DNA of 64,000 bases from Dehalococcoidia bacterium (GCA_050011565.1 JBEKIW010000003.1:128001-192000); one strand, 5' to 3'. Shown: positions 17,996 to 28,396, numbered from the stretch's first letter. The notes: generated from the sequence alone by a model not told the origin. Made by a program: numbers and translations.

Positions 17996-19201
17996 CTACT
18001 CGTGGCGCAGAGATTCGATGGGGTCGAGCCGGGCGGCTCTAAAAGCCGGATAGGTGCCGGATATGACGCCGATTCCAATGGACACAGCCAGCGCCAGTAT
18101 GACAATGCCCGCTGAAATCTGAGCCCCAACGGTTAACTCTCCAAATGCAACGTTCTTCAGGAACAACGAGAAGAATAACGCCAGGGCTAAGCCAATCAAA
18201 CCGCCGGACAGACTCAGTGCCGCTGCTTCAATTAGAAACTGGATTAAAATATCACGCCTTTTAGCACCGATGGCTTTGCGTATGCCGATTTCTCGTGTGC
18301 GTTCGGACACCGAAACCAGCATTATATTCATAATTCCGATGCCGCCTACAAGAAGCGAGATGGCGCCGACGCTGCTTAAGAAAAAAGAAAAGGCAGCCAG
18401 TTGTGATTGCAATTGATTAAGTACATCGCGCATGTCCCTGATCTGGAAATCATCTGAAGCCCCCGACCCGATAAAATGCCGCGCTCTCATGATGGAGGTT
18501 ATCTCGGCAATAGCCGCATCCACCTGGTCGGGACTGGCCGCCTTTACCGCAATCTGCTGGATATTGTTGCCGCCTGATATTTTGGATTGCATAGTGGTAA
18601 GTGGCATCAGTATAAAGCTGTCTCCAGTGAAACCACCCATTTTCGCTACGGCGCCGACAACCTGGTATCTACCACCGGCGACACGTATGGTCTGGCCCAC
18701 TGCCGTTTGATTCCCGAATAAGTCCTGGGCCGTCTGCCAGCCGAGCACCACCACATTCTGCCTGGCTGCCAGGTCCTGGTCGGTTATGAATCTGCCAGCT
18801 GAAAGATCATATTTTTTTATCTCACCTATTAACGGCGTTATTCCCGTAGCCTGCACATTTACGTTATTATTGCCGTAAGATGCACTGACTCCCTTGCTAA
18901 GGGTAGGCGCAGCTAGGGCTATCGACGGAGCCAGGGATTTATCTGCCAGCGCCTGCGCATCGTCAAAAGTCAACGGACGAATAATAGAAACAGTTTTATC
19001 TGTAGTGCCGGAAACATAAAGAGCGCTGGCTCCCAGATTTTCAAAAGTCTGCTGCATACTTTTCTGGAATCCGTTTCCCAGGGCCACCAGCAGGACCACC
19101 GCGCTAACTCCGATAATAATGCCCAGCATGGTGAGAGACGACCGCAGTTTATTGGCAAATATCGACTGCCAAGCGGTTTTAAGGCTCTCCAGTATATTCA
19201 A
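17996..19201 (-). CDS. MacB/YknZ-like ABC permease
   Basis: RSSLTMLGIIIGV, GGIGIMNIMLVSVSERTREIGIRKAIGA. Confidence 0.92.
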   Translation of the reverse strand: MNILESLKTAWQSIFANKLRSSLTMLGIIIGVSAVVLLVALGNGFQKSMQQTFENLGASALYVSGTTDKTVSIIRPLTFDDAQALADKSLAPSIALAAPTLSKGVSASYGNNNVNVQATGITPLIGEIKKYDLSAGRFITDQDLAARQNVVVLGWQTAQDLFGNQTAVGQTIRVAGGRYQVVGAVAKMGGFTGDSFILMPLTTMQSKISGGNNIQQIAVKAASPDQVDAAIAEITSIMRARHFIGSGASDDFQIRDMRDVLNQLQSQLAAFSFFLSSVGAISLLVGGIGIMNIMLVSVSERTREIGIRKAIGAKRRDILIQFLIEAAALSLSGGLIGLALALFFSLFLKNVAFGELTVGAQISAGIVILALAVSIGIGVISGTYPAFRAARLDPIESLRHE

Positions 19202-19884
19202 CGCTTCTTTTCCTCTACTATTTTTCCATCCCTGATATAGATCGTCCTCTCCGTGTAAGAGGCGATATCTTCTTCGTGGGTAACGATAACGATAGTAATC
19301 CCTTTTTTGCGCTGTTCCAGTAAAACATCCATGATATTGTGGCTGGATTGGGTATCCAGGTTGCCTGTCGGTTCATCGGCAAGTATTATCCGCGGATTAT
19401 TTACCAGGGCGCGGGCGATAGCCACTCTCTGCTGTTCGCCGCCAGACATTTCGGTCGGGTGATGGCGCGCCCTGTTGCCGATGCCTACGGCTTCCAGCGC
19501 CGCCATAGCGCCTTGCCGCCTCTGACGGTGGCCGGCATACATCATCGGCAATTCCACGTTCTCCAGCGCCGTCATTTTAGGCAACAGGTTGTAGGACTGG
19601 AAAACAAAACCCAGTTTTCTATTTCTTATCACCGCCAGCTCATTATCGCTGAGGCTGGAGACATCCTGACTATCCAGACAGTAAATTCCACCAGAAGGGC
19701 GGTCCAGGCAGCCGATTATATTCATAAGCGTAGACTTGCCGGAGCCGGATGGCCCCATGATGGAAACTACTTCACCTTTCTCGCACCGAAAAGAAATACC
19801 GTCCAGGGCATTAACCTTAACCTCTCCAAGGTCATACACCTTGGTCACATCCTTTAATTCAATAATGCCATCTGATTCAGCCAT
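19198..19884 (-). CDS. MacB/LolD-type ABC ATP-binding protein
   Basis: GPSGSGKST, MSGGEQQRV, LADEPTGNLD. Confidence 0.95.
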   Translation of the reverse strand: MAESDGIIELKDVTKVYDLGEVKVNALDGISFRCEKGEVVSIMGPSGSGKSTLMNIIGCLDRPSGGIYCLDSQDVSSLSDNELAVIRNRKLGFVFQSYNLLPKMTALENVELPMMYAGHRQRRQGAMAALEAVGIGNRARHHPTEMSGGEQQRVAIARALVNNPRIILADEPTGNLDTQSSHNIMDVLLEQRKKGITIVIVTHEEDIASYTERTIYIRDGKIVEEKKR

Positions 19885-19932
19885 GTCGTAACACCAAATC
19901 CAAGAAGATTATACAATATAGAAGCCGGTCTA

Positions 19933-21657
19933 TTAACGTATCGGGATACCTGTACCTCGCGTCCCCTGCCGAGAGGCACCGTTACTCGTTGTCGGCGGAG
20001 TTCCCGTTACCGTGACTTTGTCTCCTTCTTTTAATCCCGATAGCACCTCAGCGTACTGAAAGGTTTGCTGGCCCAAAGTAACCGGCCTGTATTCGGGCTG
20101 TCCCGTCGTTGGGTTGATGACCGCCACCACGGGGCCCTCACGCGTCTCTACAATTACCGATACGGGCACCAGCAATGCGCCTTTAGCGCTGTATATGCTG
20201 ATATCGGCAGTGGCGCTTAAGCCACCTCTGAGTTCGACATCAGTCGGGTCCAGCTGAATGGTAATAGCAAATTTAATGACGTTGCCGGAAGCTACGCCAA
20301 AGGGAGAGATAAATTTAACCGTACCGGTAAATACCTTGTTGGGTATGGCATCCACTGTGATATTTACCTTTTGCCCGGGTTGCACTTTCATAATGTCGAT
20401 TTCATCAACCGTTCCTTCGAACCTGATGGAGTTGGTATCAACCAGCGTGATGGCTGTCGTCGACGAATAGTTCTGCGCCGAAAGTACGGAGGATTTCTTG
20501 AGGTTTGCGCTGACCACAGTGCCATCGGCAGGGGCTATGATGGCCGTATTCATGATGGCCTGCTTCGCCTGGAATAGAGATATTTGAGCACTTTGAAGGC
20601 TGAGGTTGTATTGCTGCAATGTTTGCCAGTTGATGTTTTTCCCGACCACAAAGAGTGACGTCTGATTTTCCAGAACGTCCCGGCCGACGAGCAGGTTAAG
20701 CTGGGTAATATACAACTTCTTGGCGGCTTCAATCGGCTCGGCGCCGTCCTGTGCCAGATAGTTCTCCAAATCCTGCAGAGAACGAATAGATGACTGCAGG
20801 AAATCAGCGCTGGTAGCGGTATCCGGATATTCGAACATCTCGCTGCCCTTGAGATATACAGTGCTTTCAGCCAGATTGTAAGCCGTAAACATTTCCTGCT
20901 GGGCAGCAGCTAATTTAGACGCCACTTTATCATATGCTCCGACTTTCATATCACTGCTTATGTCCAAAAGTTTCTGCTGGTACTTCTGCATGTAATCGAC
21001 CACCGCCGCATCAGTGGGAGTCGGAGATTTAAAGCCGCCTTCGTAAAGGTCAGGATAGTAAGTCGAGTTTATCTTGGCTCCGGCCAGTGCGGCGGCATCG
21101 GGCTTGGATGCGATAAGGTCCGCACCCACTTCGACGTCGAAATAGGTCATTATTAAATCACGACCGGCGTCTTTGTAATCCCCCTGCTTGAACTCGTTAA
21201 CCGCCGTATCCAAATCTTTTCGTGCCTGGTCAAATATGCGGGGCACGCTCAAATCAGGATAAGTATAAGGAAGATGGTCGCAGCCCACCGCAGCACTGTC
21301 GGTCTTTGACTGCACCGTTATATTATTTTGCGCCGTCTGTACACTTAGCAAGGCGGTTTTAATGGCATTCCTCTGAGTCGTATCATCGAGCATAGCCAGC
21401 AGTGCACCCTGCTTTACCTTATCACCTTCTTCAACAAATATTTGTTGCACCTGCCCGTTGGTGCCGAAGCGCAGGTCGTACTCATCGGGCATGGTGAGGT
21501 GGCCATCGGATGATACATTGATATTCAGGTCTCCCTTTTTTACTTCGAAAACCTGGCCCGGGGTAGCAGTAGTAGCGGTGCTCTTAGCGCAGGCACCAGC
21601 CACTATCGGGAATACGATAACGGCCAGTATCAGTATGCTTATCAGGATTTTTTTCAT
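19933..21657 (-). CDS. Membrane fusion/periplasmic adaptor lipoprotein with a large central insertion (574 aa)
   Basis: Lipobox AGAC; split lipoyl motifs GQVQQIFVEEGDKVKQG and IIAPADGTVV; VDEIDI...GQKV beta-barrel; C-terminal EVLSGLKEGD. Confidence 0.85.
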   Translation of the reverse strand: MKKILISILILAVIVFPIVAGACAKSTATTATPGQVFEVKKGDLNINVSSDGHLTMPDEYDLRFGTNGQVQQIFVEEGDKVKQGALLAMLDDTTQRNAIKTALLSVQTAQNNITVQSKTDSAAVGCDHLPYTYPDLSVPRIFDQARKDLDTAVNEFKQGDYKDAGRDLIMTYFDVEVGADLIASKPDAAALAGAKINSTYYPDLYEGGFKSPTPTDAAVVDYMQKYQQKLLDISSDMKVGAYDKVASKLAAAQQEMFTAYNLAESTVYLKGSEMFEYPDTATSADFLQSSIRSLQDLENYLAQDGAEPIEAAKKLYITQLNLLVGRDVLENQTSLFVVGKNINWQTLQQYNLSLQSAQISLFQAKQAIMNTAIIAPADGTVVSANLKKSSVLSAQNYSSTTAITLVDTNSIRFEGTVDEIDIMKVQPGQKVNITVDAIPNKVFTGTVKFISPFGVASGNVIKFAITIQLDPTDVELRGGLSATADISIYSAKGALLVPVSVIVETREGPVVAVINPTTGQPEYRPVTLGQQTFQYAEVLSGLKEGDKVTVTGTPPTTSNGASRQGTRGTGIPIR

Positions 21658-21661
21658 CTTA

Positions 21662-23773
21662 TTATCTACCCGACGGCGGCGGTGGCCCTCCGACCCCGCG
21701 AGGGAAGCCGGTTACGACCGGCGCGCCGGTTATCTTCTCTTGACCTATTACTTTATCGCCCTCTTTCAAGCCGGACAATACCTCGGCAAATTGCAGGTTT
21801 TGACTACCGAGTGTGACCTCCCTTTTCTCCTGCTTGCCTGTAGCTTCATCGACTACCGTAACAAAAGACCCGGCAGAAGTGGTGGTAACTGCCGACAAGG
21901 GCACCAGCAGTACATTGGCCGCACCGGATATGGCGATATCAGCCGTGGCCGTAAGGCCGCCCTTGAGCGCCACGTCTGTAGGGTCAAGCTGGATGGTTAC
22001 CGGAAATTTAACGACGTTGCTGGTGTTCGGCGTGCCGAAGGGTGAAATGAATGACACTTTGCCGGTGAACGTTTTATTCGGTACGGCATCCACGGAAATC
22101 GTCGCCTTTTGACCCGTCTTTATTTTCAGAATATCTATCTCGTCGACCTGCCCCTGAAACTTAATCTGGCGGGTATCGACAAGTTGAACCGCAGTCTTGG
22201 AAGCATAGTCGATAGCGGAGAGCACATCATTTTTCTTGACGCCCACACTTACCACCGTGCCGTCGAACGGCGCCAGTATTACCGTCTTGAGGAAATTGTC
22301 CTTCGAGTTGCCCAGGCCAATTAAAGCGTTTGCCAGGTCCACGTGGTACTGCTGCTCATTTTTCAGAGACAGGCCATGCTGCAATACATAACCGTTGCTA
22401 TCCAAAATGCTGTTGCAGATTTGCATGTAATGCAGCGCAATTCGCAGGTTGTCATTTAATTCAGGTGAGGTTAGTCCGCCGGTCTCTATGCCTTTCAGCG
22501 CGGCGTTCAGCTTGTCGGCAGCGGCTCCGTAGAAATACAGGCTTATGTCCTTTCCGTAAACGGTGGAATAGTTGTGCGCTTTTATCACATTTATATTGTT
22601 TCTGACCGCTTTACCTATATCGCCAACCTGCTTCAGCAGTGAGTTGAACATCGGGCTGGCTTGCTCGCCTTTACCTTGAGCTATCAATCCCCGGACGGTC
22701 TCTATATCCGCCTGCCCCTGCTTTATTGTATCCACCACCTGGCGCAGTTGTACGATATAGGAGACGGCGAACGACTGGTCCGTATTTATCTCTAGCAATA
22801 TTATGTCGGTTTCGTTATCGGAGACTAACGGCGCCATGTTGCCCAACCCTGATTTCGGGTTATTTATGGCGTCTTCCAGTATCTGTATGCAGGCATCCAG
22901 GTCGGACAGTGCCACATATAATTCAGATGCCGCCGCGTCATAGCTTTTAATCTGGTACAACATGTTTGCGCGGTTGACCTCATCCTGCGCCCAATTAAAG
23001 GCCGACAGGGCCGTGGCATTCGGATAATAGTATGGAGAACTGGTGCCCAAATTATCACTATTCTGTTTAAGAGTGTATGTATTTTTGGTTATCGATTGAA
23101 TTTGTCTATGTGTAGTCTGAAATTTATCACCTGTGTCAAGATCTGGTACCGCAGCGTCTACTGTAGTATTTGTAATGGTTATTACTTCGGTCACTATCGA
23201 GGTACCCGGTTCACCGCTGTCGCTGGTAGTCGTACTTGTTGATGAACTTGTGGTAGGTCCAGATGCGAGAGGAGGGGTGGCACTTGAATCGTATACTGTC
23301 ACGCTTGTTGTGTCGGGAAATGAACCAGAACTGGTAGATGAAGTTTGAAGATTCTTTTCATATATATAGTTCCGAAACTGGGGCAGCAGCGGCACGTTTT
23401 CATACAGCTTGCTCAATACCGTCTGCACATTATTGTTGGAGGATTCGACGCCCAATTTTTCAGTAGTATTATTCAGCGTCGCCAGCACAGTCCCTTCTTT
23501 AACGAAATCGCCTTCTTCCACGAACACGTCCTGGACATCTCCCGGCGCACCGAAGAGCAAATTGTACGCCTGAGGCATCACCAGGTTGCCATCAACCGAG
23601 GTAGATACCGTCAGATTGCCTGACCGCACGGTAGTCACCTGCGTGGCTGCTGCCGGCGTCGTTGTTTTTGGAGCGCAGCCAATACCGGAAATAAGCAAAG
23701 CAGCTACACAAATAACGGAGGCTAGACTTTTAACTAATTTAGACATGTCTGTATTTTGCTTCGCTGTTTTCAA
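21662..23773 (-). CDS. Membrane fusion/periplasmic adaptor lipoprotein with a large central insertion (about 700 aa)
   Basis: Lipobox GIGC; GDVQDVFVEEGDFVKEG and ILAPFDGTVV; paralogue of the downstream gene; exact start uncertain. Confidence 0.85.
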   Translation of the reverse strand: MKTAKQNTDMSKLVKSLASVICVAALLISGIGCAPKTTTPAAATQVTTVRSGNLTVSTSVDGNLVMPQAYNLLFGAPGDVQDVFVEEGDFVKEGTVLATLNNTTEKLGVESSNNNVQTVLSKLYENVPLLPQFRNYIYEKNLQTSSTSSGSFPDTTSVTVYDSSATPPLASGPTTSSSTSTTTSDSGEPGTSIVTEVITITNTTVDAAVPDLDTGDKFQTTHRQIQSITKNTYTLKQNSDNLGTSSPYYYPNATALSAFNWAQDEVNRANMLYQIKSYDAAASELYVALSDLDACIQILEDAINNPKSGLGNMAPLVSDNETDIILLEINTDQSFAVSYIVQLRQVVDTIKQGQADIETVRGLIAQGKGEQASPMFNSLLKQVGDIGKAVRNNINVIKAHNYSTVYGKDISLYFYGAAADKLNAALKGIETGGLTSPELNDNLRIALHYMQICNSILDSNGYVLQHGLSLKNEQQYHVDLANALIGLGNSKDNFLKTVILAPFDGTVVSVGVKKNDVLSAIDYASKTAVQLVDTRQIKFQGQVDEIDILKIKTGQKATISVDAVPNKTFTGKVSFISPFGTPNTSNVVKFPVTIQLDPTDVALKGGLTATADIAISGAANVLLVPLSAVTTTSAGSFVTVVDEATGKQEKREVTLGSQNLQFAEVLSGLKEGDKVIGQEKITGAPVVTGFPRGVGGPPPPSGR

Positions 23774-23781
23774 TGAAATTT

Positions 23782-23813
23782 ACTCTAACAGGGAAATATT
23801 AAGATATTATTAA
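23782..23813 (-). promoter_or_regulatory. TTAAT-N6-TTAAT direct repeat plus -10 (TAGAGT)
   Basis: 11-bp-phased repeat; the -10 begins 15 nt after the start of the last repeat. Confidence 0.6.
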
Positions 23814-23977
23814 GATAGCAATTTTTAGGCGATAATAAAAGTGAAACGACTTTCTATAACCTATTTTGCGCAAGTTAATATTATACGTCTCCAACCGTTT
23901 ATTTGGCAAACCAATCCCTGCTCGACCCACTGCCTGTATTCGTAACCTCATTAAATCGCTTCATCATTCGATGCCCG

Positions 23978-24012
23978 TAAAAAGAAGAGGGGAAGAATTC
24001 CTCCCCCCTTCT
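23978..24012 (-). terminator. Intrinsic terminator after the repeat protein gene
   Basis: Imperfect AGAAGGGGGAGG/CCCCTCTTCT stem followed by a T run on the minus strand. Confidence 0.65.
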
Positions 24013-24041
24013 ACGACTGACTCCGGCTGCAGATAATGTTT

Positions 24042-24809
24042 CTAATATGTCGTTGGACTGGCACCTGTCTGGGGGTTTTGAGTTCCTTGAAATCTATGCC
24101 ACGGCCCTCCACCCCGTTGCCCAGGTGATTTAGGTTCAGGCAGTGGAACATCGGGTTTTGCCGCCAGCCATGCCTTGAAAGCATCATACTGCGCCTGGGT
24201 TATTTTGCCGTCTTTCAACAGCTGGTCTAAGTTTCCGGGGCGGACTCCTACTCCGGGGACATCCGGCCTGGAGGCAAGCCATGCCTTCAAACTATCGGCC
24301 TGCTCTTGAGTCAATTTGCCATTTTCCACCAGGTTCTGAAGTCCGGCGTCGGGTCTTTGCGCACCCCATCCCGGTCCAGGCTGTCCCAACGGCAACGGAA
24401 CATCCGGTTTCGCATCCATCCACGCTTTGTACGCTTCATACTGCTCTTGAGTTATTTTGCCGTCTTTTAATAGCTGGTCCATGTTTCTGGGATTGACTCC
24501 AGGGAGAACCGGTTTGGAGTCCAGCCAGGCCTTCAATTTATCGGCCTGGTCTTGTGTCAGCTTCCCGCTGGTTACCAGGTTCTGAAGCCCGGTATTCTGC
24601 CTTTCCGTACGCATTTCTGAAACGGCTTGCTTGAACGCATCCGTTAACTTCTGTACGTCGATGTTCAATATCTGGGCAACCCTGGCTAGTAATCCGTTTG
24701 ACTTTCCCTGGGTGTTTTGCCCATCATCGGCAAGTACTACACCTGCAGAACCAGCCATCATCGTAACCGCCAGTATGCTTGATAACAGCAATTTCGTAAT
24801 TTTCCTCAC
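24042..24809 (-). CDS. Exported protein with four GK(L/I)TQxQ(A/Y)xxxKAW repeats
   Basis: Signal peptide ending VVLA; tandem duplication of a two-module unit of about 70 aa. Confidence 0.8.
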   Translation of the reverse strand: MRKITKLLLSSILAVTMMAGSAGVVLADDGQNTQGKSNGLLARVAQILNIDVQKLTDAFKQAVSEMRTERQNTGLQNLVTSGKLTQDQADKLKAWLDSKPVLPGVNPRNMDQLLKDGKITQEQYEAYKAWMDAKPDVPLPLGQPGPGWGAQRPDAGLQNLVENGKLTQEQADSLKAWLASRPDVPGVGVRPGNLDQLLKDGKITQAQYDAFKAWLAAKPDVPLPEPKSPGQRGGGPWHRFQGTQNPQTGASPTTY

Positions 24810-24842
24810 TTTTTTAGCCTCCTTGGTTTTACTTGAACAGTT

Positions 24843-24896
24843 ATTATAACAATAGATTGTTTCCCGAAATTAGTCTTTTTGTAAAATCTATGTAAA
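24843..24896 (-). promoter_or_regulatory. TTTAC-N6-TTTAC-N17-GAAAC phased repeats plus TATAAT
   Basis: Repeats begin at 24896, 24885 and 24863; TG-extended TATAAT begins 15 nt after the last. Confidence 0.55.
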
Positions 24897-24919
24897 ATCC
24901 AGCGGAGCTTAAAAGAATC

Positions 24920-26635
24920 TTATGAAGAACCGGGGCTTGACCCCCAGTCACCTTCTTCGCGATAGACATACTTTCCGCCCCTGAGCCAGGAGGCACCTGC
25001 CGCAATGAGACACATCACTATGGAGAAGATTAAAACTTCGACCAGCCCATGATCGAACGCACCGGATATTAGCTGAGGGAAGAATGTCCTAGAGGTAATG
25101 GTGGCTGCCTGAGCTGGCGGCAAGGCATGAAGCACCTGCGGGGGAATCAGTGTGCCGAGAGGATTGTAGCCCAGGAACGCGGCGAATAAATAGGTTATGG
25201 CCGGCACATCAGCTAGCCGCTGCGCAATCGGCGCCGGCATGCCCTGCTGCGTCAGCCCGCCGTACATAGCGGACGGCACCAAGGCGTTCATACCCAATAT
25301 CATGAAAGAGAAGAAGATGGTTATCGATAAGGGCATTCCGGCATTAATCAGCGTGGCTCGCATGCCGGAACTCACACCACGATGCCGTGCTGGTACGCTG
25401 TTCATAATAGCCGCTGTATTGGGCGCGGTAAACATGCCCATAGCCACACCGTTAAGCAGAATTAATACAGCGAAGGCAGGATAGGAGAAATTTACCGGCA
25501 GGACTATCATCAGCCCGAAGCTGATGGCAGCCAGCAGCATGCCGCCGGTGGCAAAATAGCGCGCACCGTATCTATCGGAAAGGCGACCGAAAAGAGGTCC
25601 GGCTACGAGAAACCCGATGCTCATGGGTACCATGTAAATTCCGGCCCACAGAGGTGTTACCTCGAAGTCGTAGCCGCGCATAGGCAGCCAGATACCCTGC
25701 AGCCAGATTACCAGCATAAACATCAGCCCGCCTCGCGCCACCGAAGCCAGGAACCCGGCGACATTGCCGGCAGCGAAAGCCCGGATGCGGAATAAGTTAA
25801 GCCGGAACATCGGCACCCGCACCCGTCGTTCAATAAAAATAAAAGCAACTAAGAGAACAATTCCTCCTATAAGCATGCCTAAAACAAAGGGTGTGGTCCA
25901 GCTCATCAAAGAAGCACCGCTCGGATTGATACCGTAGGTAATGCCGGTCAATAACATGCTGAGACCGGCGGCAAAGGTGATGTTGCCCAACCAGTCAATC
26001 GGCTCGCGTTTCCTGATACCGATTTCCTTAAGCGACAGGTAAGCCCAAACGGTTCCTATAATACCTATGGGCACATTGAACAGAAAGACCCAACGCCATC
26101 CTATTTCCGCCAGCAATCCACCGACCAGTATGCCCAGTAAACTACCGGCGATGCCGGCCACCTGGTTTAGTCCTAGAGCCATACCGCGCTGCTCCACCGG
26201 AAAAGCGTCGGTGAGTATGGCTGCCGAATTAGCGAACAGGAACGCGCTGCCGATTCCCTGGACCACGCGAAAGATAATCAACTCCACAGCTCCGGCAGGC
26301 CCGGTGCTCCAAGTGACGGCACATAGAAGTGAACCAATAGTGAAGATGGCGAACCCGAGGTTATACATTCGGGTCCGGCCAAAAAGGTCGCCCAGCCGGC
26401 CGAAGGTGACCACGAGAACTGCCAGTACCAGCATATAACCTACTAGCAGCCAGAGCAAGTAGGTGAAGCTGTTAGGGGCCAGTGGGTTAATGCCGATGCC
26501 CCTAAAGATGACCGGAAGCGCCAGGATTAAGCTGGATGAATTGAGGAAAGCCAGCAGTACAGCTAATGTCGTATTCGACAGGGCAATCCACTTATAAGTA
26601 CTGCTAACCGGTGATTGGGTCGAGTCTATTTCCAT
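24920..26635 (-). CDS. MFS transporter, DHA2/EmrB-QacA-like (14 TM)
   Basis: GRLGDLFGRTR, FRVVQGIG, WRWVFLFNVPIG. Confidence 0.9.
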   Translation of the reverse strand: MEIDSTQSPVSSTYKWIALSNTTLAVLLAFLNSSSLILALPVIFRGIGINPLAPNSFTYLLWLLVGYMLVLAVLVVTFGRLGDLFGRTRMYNLGFAIFTIGSLLCAVTWSTGPAGAVELIIFRVVQGIGSAFLFANSAAILTDAFPVEQRGMALGLNQVAGIAGSLLGILVGGLLAEIGWRWVFLFNVPIGIIGTVWAYLSLKEIGIRKREPIDWLGNITFAAGLSMLLTGITYGINPSGASLMSWTTPFVLGMLIGGIVLLVAFIFIERRVRVPMFRLNLFRIRAFAAGNVAGFLASVARGGLMFMLVIWLQGIWLPMRGYDFEVTPLWAGIYMVPMSIGFLVAGPLFGRLSDRYGARYFATGGMLLAAISFGLMIVLPVNFSYPAFAVLILLNGVAMGMFTAPNTAAIMNSVPARHRGVSSGMRATLINAGMPLSITIFFSFMILGMNALVPSAMYGGLTQQGMPAPIAQRLADVPAITYLFAAFLGYNPLGTLIPPQVLHALPPAQAATITSRTFFPQLISGAFDHGLVEVLIFSIVMCLIAAGASWLRGGKYVYREEGDWGSSPGSS

Positions 26636-26830
26636 TTGAAAAGAAGAAACTACTTGCCTTTCTATAGGGTCAAGCCAAACGGAATATTATCATCTATTTC
26701 ACTTGCCCTGTCAACAAACTTTTGTGGGTTGCTCAGTGTAGAAAGAAATGGCTCAGTCTGGGCAGTATTTAGTTGTTGTTATGTTTTTAATGACAACGAG
26801 TTCTCGTTTAGAGAATTATTTACTGGTTAT

Positions 26831-27028
26831 TTAACCAAGCTGGTTTCTGAACCAGGCGGCTATTACCGATAATATAATGCTGAATGAGCCGAAACCAAAA
26901 GCAGCAGTCATCCTGGACCCGCTCGATAACATGGCTAACCCGACGAATCCCATAACCAGTCCCAGGCAGCCCACCACGAAGAGTATCCACACAGATATGG
27001 TCACCAGCGCTAACAACATTTTCGGCAT
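26831..27028 (-). CDS. Small two-TM membrane protein
   Basis: 65 aa, hydrophobic, AGGAGG SD. Confidence 0.65.
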   Translation of the reverse strand: MPKMLLALVTISVWILFVVGCLGLVMGFVGLAMLSSGSRMTAAFGFGSFSIILSVIAAWFRNQLG

Positions 27029-27221
27029 TGATTTTCTACCTCCTTTTTCTAACAGCGAATTAGCTTGGAAAAATTAACCTGACTGAGCTATTTCCACCAA
27101 CGGACAGTGCGTGTATTTACACTATATTACTCTCCATTAGTAACCTTAGCAATATCTCTAGTACACGACTTCTTCACTTCAATGCCGGCATATCAATGAA
27201 TAAAATGGACAAATGTTTCAA

Positions 27222-27680
27222 TTAATATACCTGACAATCTATTTCCTTAAGTGATTGAGGAGGGACCGGTTCATCCTCTCTTGTTGATGGCAAAACAATT
27301 TCCTCCTTTAATTGTTTTCGCAAATTTATTGCTTCGCTCCAATCCAATTTAGCTATTTCACCAATATATTCCTGAATTCGCTGATCACCGGAAAGAGCGT
27401 AGGTGGTAAGGCCATTACTATCGTGCTGGCCTATAAGAATGCCTTTTTCGACCAAGGCTGTCATTGCATCCCTCAAGTTAATCCTTGCAGTATTCAACGC
27501 CCTGGCGACGGTGTAAAGACTCAATTTTGACTTGGGATGTCTTCCCCAGAAGCAGAGTAGCCTGAATTGTATACCACTGCAACCGATGTCTTTGAGAAAT
27601 AATAGTAGATCGTAATTCACTATCCGATTTATTTTGTAGTCAGTTACCATGTCTGTTTTCTCCTTTTTCACAACTTTCAT
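27222..27680 (-). CDS. Hypothetical protein with a probable winged-helix fold
   Basis: LSLYTVARALN...LRDAMTALVEKGIL...TTYAL pattern; start may be the second Met after AGGAG. Confidence 0.6.
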   Translation of the reverse strand: MKVVKKEKTDMVTDYKINRIVNYDLLLFLKDIGCSGIQFRLLCFWGRHPKSKLSLYTVARALNTARINLRDAMTALVEKGILIGQHDSNGLTTYALSGDQRIQEYIGEIAKLDWSEAINLRKQLKEEIVLPSTREDEPVPPQSLKEIDCQVY

Positions 27681-27709
27681 CTATACTTCGTCAACCCACT
27701 GATACGTCA

Positions 27710-27741
27710 ATGGTAACAAGCAAATATTAATTTCTCGTTAA
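27710..27741 (-). promoter_or_regulatory. TTAAC-N6-TTAAT direct repeat plus -10 (TACCAT)
   Basis: Same geometry as the other boxes in 23.8-29.0 kb. Confidence 0.6.
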
Positions 27742-27880
27742 GATTTTAAGCTGGAACTATACACTCTCGCTTACAATCAGCTGCCATATTTATCGCGGCT
27801 GCTAAGTATCAGCGTAAGTCTCATGGTGCGATAGATTACTACTCAGGCAACCTAGTCTTAAGAGACACATCACATAAAAA

Positions 27881-27912
27881 TTAACAGTTTTTTAACATTT
27901 GATGGTTATAAT
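27881..27912 (+). promoter_or_regulatory. TTAAC-N6-TTAAC direct repeat plus TATAAT
   Basis: Repeats at 27881 and 27892; -10 at 27907. Confidence 0.7.
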
Positions 27913-27992
27913 TAAAGCATGATGATTCCACTCTTGACTGTATATCATTTGAACAAAGTTATGAGCGTATCCGTAAAAAGAGGATAACTCTT

Positions 27993-28376
27993 ATGCGGCA
28001 GATATATTTCTGTCCTAATTGTAGGGCACCAATCGGTTACAGTGATAGGTTTTGCGGTAACTGCGGTATTAACTTGAAGTGGGAGATACGACAAGTCTCA
28101 CCTCACTCAATACCTTTATGGTACGATTGTCAGAATCCCGGCCAACAACAAACGTCGAGTAGTCAGCAGCCACAGTGTAATCAGCCACCCTATAATCAGG
28201 CATTGGTATCGGGATATGCGAATCAAAACCAGCAGCAATATGTGCATGGTAATCGTGCCACTACCTCGTCAGGTAAGCGCTCACCGGTTGATGGCACCGC
28301 AAAACCAATAAGTTCTGAGATTTCCAAGCTGCTGGCAGACTTCTTCAACAAGCAGGCTAAATGCAGCTTAAGATAA
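27993..28376 (+). CDS. Zinc-ribbon protein with a Gln-rich linker
   Basis: FCPNCRAPI...RFCGNCG. Confidence 0.7.
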   Translation: MRQIYFCPNCRAPIGYSDRFCGNCGINLKWEIRQVSPHSIPLWYDCQNPGQQQTSSSQQPQCNQPPYNQALVSGYANQNQQQYVHGNRATTSSGKRSPVDGTAKPISSEISKLLADFFNKQAKCSLR

Positions 28377-28396
28377 GTGCCCGATACCAAAAAATC

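Noticed and set aside
27770-27830. Possible structured RNA (CAGCTGC/GCGGCTG, CTTAC/GTAAG)
   Set aside because: The stems are short and there is no recognisable motif, so it cannot be distinguished from chance.
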